Shown: piece by piece, positions 1 to 9,461 of the stretch
Layout of the letters: the number at the start of each line of letters is the position of its first letter
How positions within the stretch are numbered: position 1 is the first letter of the stretch
NCBI RefSeq assembly: GCF_036321535.1
Contig: NC_087437.1
Coordinates: 20,028,001-20,092,000, forward strand
DNA length: 64,000 bases
From: Camelus dromedarius
Taxonomy: Eukaryota
Reading direction: 5' to 3'
Made by a program: the position numbers and the translations under genes
Notes under the pieces: model-generated
Told to the model about the DNA's origin: nothing
The model's database searches: none
What the model saw: the letters and a program-made list of their open reading frames with translations, nothing else

Positions 1-503
1 GTTAACCCTTGGTATAACGGCTGAAGACAAGAGAGACCTTTCCCCAAATATATCCACAAGAGCCTCCTTGCCCAGTCCTATCCTAGGCACTGGGACCTCT
101 CATTTCAAAAATGCAGGTATCTACCCCTTTTTCAAGGAAGGTGGACCTTAAACTTCATTTTGCCCCATGCTGCTCCAAAAAGCAGCCATAAGGATGCTGG
201 TTTTTTTTATTACATTTTTTTATTGAGTAATAGTCATTTTACAATGTTGTGTCAAATTCTAGCGTAGAGCACAATGTTTCAGTTATACATGAACATATAT
301 ATATTCATTGTCACATTTTTTTTCGCTATGAGCTACCACAAGATCTTGCATATATTTCCCTGTGCTATACAGTATAATCTTGTTTATCTATTCTGCATTT
401 TAAAATCCCAGTCTGTCCCTTCCCACCCCCCGCCCCCTTGGCAACCACAAGTTTGTATTCTGTGTCTATGAGTCTGTTTCTGTTCTGTATTTTTTTTTTT
501 TTT

Positions 504-876
504 TTAGATTCCTCATATGAGTGATCTCATATGGTAGTTTTCTCTCTCTTTCTGGCTTATTTCACTTAGAATGACATCCATGTTGCTGCAAATGGCATTA
601 TGTTGTCGTTTTTTGTGGCTGTTGTCAGTTTTTGTGGCTGAATAGTATTCCACCGTATAAATATACCACATCTTCTTTATTCAGTCATCTGTTGATGGAT
701 ATTTAGGCTGTTTCCATGTCTTGGCTATTGTAAATAGCACTGCTATGAACATTGGGGTGCAGGTGTCTTTGAAGTAGGGTTCCTTCTGGATATATGCCCA
801 AGAGTGGGATTCCTGGGTCATATGGTAAGTCTATTCCTAGTCTTTTGAGGAATATCCATACTGTTTTCCACAGTGG
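504..876 (-). pseudogene. LINE-1 ORF2 extreme C-terminal remnant (downstream of the cysteine-rich motif), frameshifted
   Basis: It reads [36 protein letters not shown] and is collinear with ORF 22019..22396. Relative to that copy it has a 2-bp deletion near 770, a ~14-bp deletion near 575 and a ~20-bp tandem duplication at ~601-640. Confidence 0.85.
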
Positions 877-1019
877 CTTTCCTTGTTTCCCTCTCCCACT
901 CTTAATGATTTAGATGTCTTCTTTTACAATTTTGTGTTTATTCTTTTTGTAATTCATGGCAGTTATCTCCTTTCCAGTTGTGAGTTTCTCATTTTTGTAG
1001 CATCTTGCTTCTTTTCTAT

Positions 1020-1920
1020 TTAGAGTAGGCCTGTCAATATTTCTTTTAGCATGGGTTTAGTGTTGCTAAACTCTTAGTTTTTGCTTGTCTGTGAAGTTCT
1101 TTACCTCTCCTTCTATTCTAAAGGATAGCCTTGCTGGATAAAGTATCCTAGGCTGCATCTTTTTTTCATTCAGGACTTTGAATATATCTTGCCACTCCCT
1201 TCTGGCCTGTAGTGTTTGTGTAGAGAAATCAGCTGAAAGCCTTATGGGAGTTCCCTTGTAACTCACTCTTTGTTTTTCTCTTGCTGCCTTTAGGATCATT
1301 TCTTTATCCTTGACTCTGGCCATCTTGATTATGATATGTCTTGGTGTGAGTCTGTTTGGGTTCTTCCTGTTCGGGACCCTCTGAGCCTCCTGTACTTGGA
1401 TATCTGATTCCTTCTTTGGGTTTGGGAAGTCTTCAGTCATGATTTCTTCAAATACCTTTTCAATCCCCTTTGTTCTTTCTTCCCCTTCTGGACCCCCTGT
1501 TATGCGTAGATTGGCATGCTTTATATTATCCCATAGGCCCCTTATATTGTTTTCATTGTTTTTTATTTGTTTTTCTCTCAGCTGTTCTGATTGGGTGCTT
1601 TCTGTTGTCCTGTCTTCTAGGTCACTTATTCTTTCCTCTGCATTAGCTAGCCTGCTTTGTACAGCCTTTAGGTCATCTCTCATCTCAGCAAATGAGTTTA
1701 CTAATTCTACTTGTTTCTTCTTTATAGCTTCTATTTCATTTTTGACATATTTTATATCTCTAAACACTATTTCTTTTAGTTCCTTCAGTACTTTGATCAC
1801 TCCTTTTTTGAAATCTTGATCTAGTAGGCCATCAATTTCTATTTCCTTGATCATGCTTTCAGGGGATTTCTCTTGATCTTTTAATTGGGAGTGGTTCTTC
1901 TGCTTCTTCATATTGCTCAT
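1020..1920 (-). pseudogene. LINE-1 ORF1p (coiled coil, RRM, CTD), intact except for a 2-bp deletion near the C-terminus
   Basis: The 284-aa ORF 1066..1920 has the L1 ORF1p motifs AEERISDLED, WDNIKHANLRITG, RHIIIKM, ILKAAREK, GTPIRLSADFS, ARREW and YPARLSF. Restoring 2 nt after ...KLR gives EFSNTKPMLKEILTGLL* with the stop at 1020-1022 (about 300 aa). Confidence 0.93.
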
Positions 1921-3141
1921 ATCTCTCTGGCACTGTGGCTTAAGGAGTATCAGTTATCTAGTTCTCCTGGAGGTGGTGTGCTCTTAATGATTTTATTGAG
2001 AGGTCTTTGTGCCTTCGCCCTATTTCGCCAACTCAGCTTGCTGTTTCCTGAGGCCCTCTGTTGGCACCCTCGTCTGTGCTGCTCCCAGTGGCTGTTGGCT
2101 AGCAGGTCACGCCCCATCCCAACACCATGGTCAGGTGCTGCATTCCTGCCAGGAAGGCGAGTGGCTACCTGCCCTCTCCAGGCGCCGGTTGCTCCACTGC
2201 TCTATGCAGCTGCCGACTCCACCTTGGGTCAGCACTCCAAAGGCGGGTACATGGAAGACCATGGAACGGCCCCACCCTGCTCTGTGCCAAATCTCAGCTT
2301 CTTGTTTGTCTTGGCAGTGCGAGTTCTCTGAGGTGCCAGGGCAGAAAGATCTTGTCTGCCTTGGGCTGTAAACAAGTCTCAGTCCTGCCCAGGAGGTTGC
2401 TGAGCCCCCGGGCGCGGATTCAGGGCTCAGCCCCAGCCCTGCCCTTGCCCGGGTGCTGCACAGGAGGAGATGGTGGCTGTGGCTGCACCCCGCATCTCTT
2501 CTCGCAAGAAGCACCAGTAATGGCGGTGCAGGTCTGAGGAGACAAAGGCTATGGCGCCCCTCCCCCCAGGGCACACCAGCTGTGTTGCTTTGCTTTTTTC
2601 GCAATTTATGGGGGACTGAGGTTGTTCTGCTCCGTATCTCCTCCCAGCCACAGTGCGCAGCACCCTGCAGGCCCCCAGGGCTGCCTCAATGCAGCCACCC
2701 CCATCCTCCACCTGGCTCGGGCGGCCTGTCCCATCCGCAGCTGCTGGCTCGCGTCTTGGGCTGGGTGTCACAGGGACCCTTTGTGCCCATTTAACTCAGT
2801 TCTGTCAGTCAAGGGGTGCTCAGGGCAGATCTGAGCCTCGGAGTCTCTCCCACCGTCCCGCTGGCCTCTCTGTTGGAGAGGGGAGACCCAGCGAACGAGC
2901 ACCAGTCTTCCTTTGCCGCTCCCTCCCCACGGAATTGGTCCTGCACTGTTTTGCTTTTTCTTCCTTCTTTTTTCCTTTTCTCCTACCAGATTTTTGGCGT
3001 CTTTGTCTTTTGACAAGGGCGATGTTCTTTTGGAGTTCAGCAGGTGCTCTGGTTGGCTGAGTAGGTCCGTAGATGTGAGTTTTGGTGAATTTGTGGGAGA
3101 GGGTGAGCTACAAGTGTCCTTCTACTCCTCCATCTTGCTTC
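1921..3141 (-). promoter_or_regulatory. LINE-1 5'UTR / internal Pol II promoter region
   Basis: A ~1.2 kb GC- and CpG-rich block lies between the ORF1 ATG and the TSD, with a YY1-like AAGATGG motif at the element's 5' end (plus strand CCATCTT, 3130-3136). Confidence 0.8.
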
Positions 3142-4382
3142 AGGATGCTGTTTTTAATTCACGATCAAACTGGTTCCTAAAGGGAAATATGTACTGGAAT
3201 GGTTGCAACCTGTTCCAACATGTGAATGGAAGTCTGACACTTCACCTCTCTGAGCTCAGTCAAAAGAGTATCATCACATCAGTATCACTGGGTTATTTGT
3301 GCAGATGAAATGACATGAAATGAGAAAGTGCCATCACTCTGCTGGGGCCCAAGTAGGAGCACAGAAGTGGTTATTTGCCTTGGCATCCCTCAGTAAGAGT
3401 TTTAGGTTGGACTGTCCATTCTCTGTCTTCCCTGTTTTACATCCTAGAAGAACATGTGTTGGATCTGACATTCTAGGAAAGAAGTGTTTCTAAGGACTTA
3501 GCAGTGCTTCTTTTTAGAATTTGGCTGCGCTCTGTTAAAAATTTTTGATTGTTTAAGGCTTCTATTCCATCCAGTCCAACAGAAAACCAGCCAAATAAAT
3601 AGCATTAACTAAAATATCAGAGCCATTGCATGACATTTGTAATGCACTGTTTGTTAGCTTTTAATTTGCATTCTGATGTAGAAAGTGGATGTCTCTCCAA
3701 GCAAGCACACACCAGGCATGTTTTTGCTCTATGCCTAACTCCATGCTCTGTACAGGAAGTTGGACTTCACACTCCCGGGTGTGGCTGGGGTGATGAGCTT
3801 AATGCACAGGGAGCTTTTGAGAGCAATATGTGTGATGTAGAAAGGCATGGAGTGGGTGCTTAGTAAATATTTTTGAAATAAATGAATGTATTCATGAAAC
3901 TGAATTCAATGTTCCCTAATTCAAATCGCTGACAAAGGCTGTAGAGGATCAGTTTCAAACTTTGAAACTAAAGATGCATCAAACTAAGGAAAGGCTCTAT
4001 AAGAGTTCAGCATATGCTCCAGAACATAGGCCTCAGTGCACACTGCAGGAAGAGTCTTGGGGGATCACTTAGGGGATGAAAATGATTTAATGGGGGAAGG
4101 TGTTGAGGTGATAAGTACAAAACCATGATCCAGTGGACGAGACATAATCAACAGTAACATGGTCTGCCTGTGTAATGAGAAAGGCCTTATGTTACTTGGA
4201 GAAATGATAGGAAGGATTTACTATAGATCATAAGTGTCATGAGAATATCTTCTTGTATTTTAAATCTGTTATTGCTCAGTTGTTTATGAAGAAGAAAATT
4301 AAAATCGCTGGTTGTCTCGCTGGCATGGGCTGGCCAGCACTGTTGGTGTTACAGCCTATTTCTTTCCAGTGCTTTGTGTGTG

Positions 4383-4385
<3 letters not shown>

Positions 4386-4432
<47 letters not shown>
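4386..4432. repeat. (TG)n microsatellite
   Basis: Perfect GT dinucleotide run, seen directly. Confidence 0.97.
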
Positions 4433-4438
<6 letters not shown>

Positions 4439-4499
4439 ATGAGATCACATTCTATGTACAAAATGATTTTCCCATATAATATTAAATATTCCCAAGCCA

Positions 4500-4990
4500 T
4501 TAAAAATGTCTTGAAAATGTGTTCTTAAATGGCTGCAAACTGTTCTGACATATAGACATGTCACAATTTAATTAACAACCCTCCTGCTGTTGAGCACGTA
4601 AATGGTTTCCAAATCTTTGCAGATATAAACATAAATATTTTTAAGAGTATTACAGTCATCACTTTTGTGCCGAAATATCACCCTCCATTTCAGATTCTTT
4701 CCTTCAGATGAAGTCCCAGTAGACAAATTGCTGGATCAAAGGACACATACATTTCTAAGACTCTCCACGTGTGTTCTTTCCAGATTTGTCATTTCTCGTT
4801 CGCACTCACAGTGTTCAGGTGCTCTCCCTTTCACAGATTCTGCCAGCACTGGATATTATTATATATTTTTCCCTTTGTTGGTCACAAAATGATCTCATCT
4901 TTGTTTTAATTTGTTATTCTTTAAGTATGGATGGAGCTTAACCACATTTTTAATTTCTTCTTTTACACATTCTCTGTTCATAGTTTCCAG
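4500..4990 (-). mobile_element. Old, degenerate L1M-type fragment
   Basis: Degenerate L1 3'-region motifs such as aaattgctggatcaaagg and atctcatctttgttttaatttg. Boundaries approximate. Confidence 0.55.
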
Positions 4991-6054
4991 CCTCCTTTTA
5001 TTGTGTCAGGCTCCCTTTGGTAAAGTTATTTAAACAGAGCTTGAGATCAGGAAAAGAAAGGCCAGTGGGAGACCTCTGTCTTCTACCCACTTGCTTATTC
5101 CACCTAAGCAGGGACTTCCCCATGGATGTATGTAGCTGAAATTACTTTAATGCTGTGTGCTAAGGTCAAGTATTTATATACAGGTTTTTTATTTGACAGC
5201 TAATCCATGGCCCAGCTTTGGGAAGGCATTATTTTCTCCATAGATAATAGATGAGGTCATTTCCAATTCATTTGTCTTTTCCTTTTTTCCTCGTCTGTCC
5301 CTCTTTAGTCAAATCCTTGGAAAAGCTGTAAATGCACCACAATGAGAATGAAAAGTCATGTTTCTGATGGGAAGTTTGTCATTTCCCATTCGCTGCTGTG
5401 GTATGTGTTCTTTTCAAACCTGAAGTGAGGATGAATTTTTCTACTTACAGTTAAATTCCATTACTTCCTCTCTATTCATCATTTTTTTAAAAAATTCTGT
5501 TAATGTCTTTTGTGGAAACTTCCATCTTAATATCTTTGAGCTTTGAGTTTTCTATGGGGTGCAAGACCTCTTTGGGTTTTAACAGAATGCTGGAAATTTC
5601 CATTATTCTGACATTTGCCATGTGATTACTAGAAGCTGTCTGATGACAAGGAGTGCTTAAGAAGGGTCTTCTGTGTAATTATCTTTATTTTCAAAACCTG
5701 CTCACAGTATCGGCTTTCTCATTGATGAAAGTCATGATATGCATGTAACACCATGACTGTTTATGTAGGGAAGCACTAAGCAACATGCAGACGTGTCCTT
5801 GGCAGTAAATGAATAACCTCACAAATGTGGTGTCTATGCCATACTATTGACTCACATTTGGGTCAATCCCTTTGGTAATTGTGTATTAATTCCATGTATC
5901 TTTTATGGCTCATCTTAGCCATCAGAACGTCTTTAGAGCTTGCGCTGCTGGTTTTCATTGATATTGAGTATTTTCTCAAGGTCAACCCTACACCCAAGCT
6001 AATTAACATCATGTTATATAAAAACTGTAGCGTTGAGAGTTGCCTTGTTCTGCC

Positions 6055-6155
6055 TGATTAGCTTTGTGACCTCAGTAAGTTTCTTAACCTCTCTGAGGTT
6101 CGGTTTCTTGATTTATAAAATGGAGATTATAGTCAAAATTTTGTGGGATAATTGT
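6055..6155 (+). mobile_element. MIR SINE fragment
   Basis: MIR core tgtgacctcagtaagtttcttaacctctctgag...tataaaatggagat. Confidence 0.8.
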
Positions 6156-6524
6156 GTTTATATATATACTCTGTTTCTGTGCATGTTTATTTGCCATTGG
6201 AAATGATCCAGCAAAGTATGAAAAACATATAACGTGGCAGCACGAGGGGCTGATGGCTGGGATGGAGGCAAATGGTGACCAGACTCAGCATGTGAGTGGT
6301 GGGGCTGGCCTTTGAGATGAAGAAAGACACCTCTTTCCATCCCTTATTAGAACAATGAAACATTCATATTATCTATTCACTGATGATTCTAAGAAAGAGA
6401 AACATCACTAGAAGAAAATTTAAAGCTGAACTTGACAGCCTGAGAACACTTGAAGCCACAGTTTACAGGCATTTGTTACAAATGCCAAACTGAGCATTTT
6501 CCTTCCATATTTTATGATCATATA

Positions 6525-7184
6525 TAGTCTATCCTCATCATTCACACAGATTCCATATTTGTGAGTTCACCTACTTGCTAAAAAGTATTTGCAATCCCAA
6601 CATCAATACTCAAAGTGCTTTCATGGCCATTTGTAGTGTGTGCAAAGTGACAAAAATTTGAGTTGCCCAATGCACTCGTTTCCAGCTCAGGCAGAACAAG
6701 GCAATGCTCTGCCTTCTTGTTTCAGCTCATCCTGTAAACATGTTTCCTTTTCATGGTCGATTTAGTGCTGTGGAGTTTTTTGGGGTTTTGTGTGTGTGTG
6801 TGCTTTTTGTTGGTGGTTCTGCTATTTAAAATGGCCTCCAAGCATGGTGTTGAAATGCTGTCTAGTGCTCTTAAACACAAGGCAGCTGTGATGTGCCTTA
6901 TAGACAAAACACTTTTGTTGGATGAACTTCTTTGAGGTACAAGGTCTAGTGCTGTTGGCCATGAGGTCAATATTAATCAATGATTAACAATGTCAATATA
7001 TTAAATAAGGTGTCTGGCCAAAACATATCTAAAACAAGTTTACATATTTATCAGTGGATGAAAATGTTATAACCAGAGAATCTCAGGAACCTAACCCTGG
7101 GTTTCCCCTGAGGACAATGATTCAGTATTTACCAATTCAGTATTTGTGGTGACTATAACTCCTGCAAATAGTGAGAATCAACTA
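6525..7184 (+). mobile_element. TcMar-Tigger non-autonomous DNA transposon (MER82-like)
   Basis: Terminal inverted repeats TAGTCTATCCTCATCATTC (6525) and GCAAATAGTGAGAATCAACTA (ends 7184), with TA on the left flank. An internal remnant MASKH...KAAVMCLIDK resembles the Tigger transposase N-terminal HTH. Confidence 0.8.
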
Positions 7185-7460
7185 CGGTTGATGATGATCC
7201 CCTTCGAGAATGATTTCCTTGCACTGCCTTCCATTGACCTGCCAGCAAGAGATCCTCTCTAGCCTGTTAGGGAAGCACCCCAGGATCATCAGACAGAAAG
7301 AGAAGAAAGTAAGAACTTGTCAGAGATTTTGCAGGCGACGGAAGAACTGGTGATTCTCGTTCAACAATGGCTGTTCACAGGGAAAGCAGCCAGTGGGACA
7401 GACCTGAGCGTACGGGCATGCTTCCACACACGCTTATTGAGAGCCTTCTCTGTGTCAGAC

Positions 7461-7993
7461 TGTTACCAAATCCAAACTTGTCCTGCTCGCCGCACGACAG
7501 GCCAGTAAATCAGGAGACAAGGTGTTGGGGCAAGGAATAGCAACTTTATTCTGAAAGCTGGTGGATAGAAAAGATGGCAGATTAGTGTCCTGGAGAACCA
7601 TCTTCCCCAAGTCAGAATTCAGGCTCCTTTTATACTAAAAAGGGGAGGGGGTGTGCTTGGTTGTTGCAAACTTCTTGGTGTAGAAATTATTTGTTCTTGG
7701 AATCCTTTGTTCTTGCAGCTGTCCATGTGGGTCAGATCATGGTGTCCCTATAAACCCCCAACAAAACAAACATTATTTTCTATTCTGCAACTTATCTTTA
7801 TATGAATGGAAAGTGTTAAGACCCTTAAAGGTCAGAGCCTTGAGAATATGCTGTCCTGTATACTTAAGGCTCTAGGCAACGTTCTTTTACAAAATGTGAA
7901 GAATCAACAAGACTAAGCCCAGGAAACAGAGCACAGGGTTAAAGTCAAAGGAACAGATCTAATATGGAGTCAGATTTGTTCTTTTCTATTACA
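7461..7993 (-). mobile_element. ERV solo LTR (ERV1-class by 4-bp TSD)
   Basis: TG...CA termini (TGTTACC at 7461, ...ATTACA at 7993), 4-bp direct repeat AGAC at 7457-7460 and 7994-7997, and minus-strand TATAAAA (7628-7634) and AATAAA (7545-7550). Confidence 0.88.
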
Positions 7994-8094
7994 AGACTTG
8001 ATACTGAGATCACAGAGGTGGCTGAAAGCCCTGCCCCCGAGGAGGTCATATCTTTGATTCCTGCCTCTCCACCCCCAACACTTAGAGAGTGCTG

Positions 8095-8270
8095 GGTGTA
8101 TGCTGGGCATCGTCGAGCACATTTGTAGTCCATTTCATCCCCACAGTGACTCTATGAGGAGGTACTGTTATTAATGTCACTTTTTAGAAGAAGTACCTGA
8201 AGTTAGACAACTTGCACAGCCAGGAATCAGGTCCAAAGGGTGGAGCTGAAGACTCTCAGGCCCTCAACCA
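8095..8270 (-). mobile_element. MIR SINE fragment
   Basis: Reverse-complement MIR pattern catttcatccccacagtgactctatgaggaggtactgttatt. Confidence 0.6.
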
Positions 8271-9361
8271 TGATTCTGCACTAGCCTTCCTTGCTGGGGG
8301 ACAGATCTGGAAGCAGAGACAGCTCCAGGCTGGAGATGCTCTCTGCTGCTGATGCTCACAAGGGCTGAGGCAGCCCAGAGGAGGAGCCCTAGGCCAGTGT
8401 CCCCTCCGAAGGCTCAGACAGTAGTATGAAAAAGAAAATGTGAACTAACAGCTTCTCAGCAGAGCCGACAGGGCTCAGAGAAGCAGGGGCACCACACCGT
8501 CTCCAGGGGGTCAAAGTTGTAAGCTGTGTGTGGGCCACCCAAGGCCCTGGAAACCAACCGTCAAGAAAACAAGCTTTTGTCCCCCCCAAAAAAAGGCAAT
8601 TGCTTGGGCTAGCCTGTCCCCGTTGAGAGTGATTAAGTGCAGTTTGAATGTACTTTCCATCGGCACTCACTTTTAAAAGTGAGTCTCCTGCTGCAGATAC
8701 GAAATAAAAGCCAGTTTTCTCTGGAAGAAAAAAAAACCATCAGTGTTTTGGGTTTTGTAGGTAAGGACTAGATTTTCTTCATGCTTCCCACTCCCACACA
8801 GAGCTCTGAGGAGGGAAGTTTGTAAGTCAGCAAGAATGTTACACATCAAAGAGATCGTCAGGGTTAGAGGCTCAGGAAAATTAGACGGGCATCTGTGCCC
8901 ATCTGAGTTTCCCTCCTGTGGTCCACAGCAATCAATTCAGAAAGCACTGCTGCGCTGGGAAAACTAGGCTCTGGGGTTCCTGGGCCCCTGGCTAGGTGGG
9001 CATGGCTGGCACAGACATCAATATTGTATTGCCCCTGCTCAGCCGGCTACAACAGACCCACTGAGATTCATGGGCATTCCAAAGAAACCTTCCAGGACCA
9101 CACCAGACACCCTTCAAGAGCCTAATGCCAGACCCAGGGGTGCTGGATTGCTGAGGGTGCCTTTATCCATCATCCTACTGTCTGATCCCTCTCTCTGTCC
9201 CTAGTATTGGCTTGCTGCCCCGCCCCCCCCACCCCCAAGCCTTTTCTCCTTTAATTTTCCCCGTCTCCAGAGGGACCAAAGAGAAAGTGGGGCTCCCTGA
9301 GCAGATGCCCCTAAATTCTTAATCTTATAGGTGAATGGAACCAATAGAAGTGTAAATGGGC

Positions 9362-9461
9362 GGAAGAGAGGAGGGAAGGAGAGGGGAAGGAGGGAAGGAG
9401 AGGGGAAGGAAGGAAGGGAGGAAAGGAGGGGGGAAGGAAGGGAGGGAGGGAGGGAGAAAGA
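9362..9461. repeat. ~100-bp polypurine (GGAA/GGAG/GAGG) low-complexity tract
   Basis: Uninterrupted A/G run, seen directly. Confidence 0.92.

Larger units (their letters stand above)
200..3141 (-). mobile_element. LINE-1-derived element lacking almost all of ORF2 (5'UTR + ORF1 + inter-ORF spacer + ORF2 C-terminal tip + 3'UTR + poly(A)), TSD-flanked
   Basis: The minus strand starts GAAGCAAGATGGAGG at 3141, followed by a GC/CpG-rich 5'UTR and L1 ORF1 at 1920. A junction at 876-878 leads into sequence closely matching the L1 3' end at ~21690-22387. A T-tract (poly(A)) lies at ~201-222. The direct repeat AGGATGCTG(G)TTTT occurs at 191-204 and 3142-3155, and the right copy is followed by AA (L1 endonuclease TTTT/AA site). 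Confidence 0.93.

Noticed and set aside
1439..1819. 126-aa hydrophobic, Ser/Phe/Leu-rich plus-strand ORF resembling a membrane protein
   Set aside because: It is the antisense shadow of the A-rich L1 ORF1 coding sequence.
4253..4528. ORFs with CVCVCV / THTHTH repeats (also 41549..41866 and 43274..43696)
   Set aside because: Translation artefacts of (TG)n/(CA)n microsatellites.
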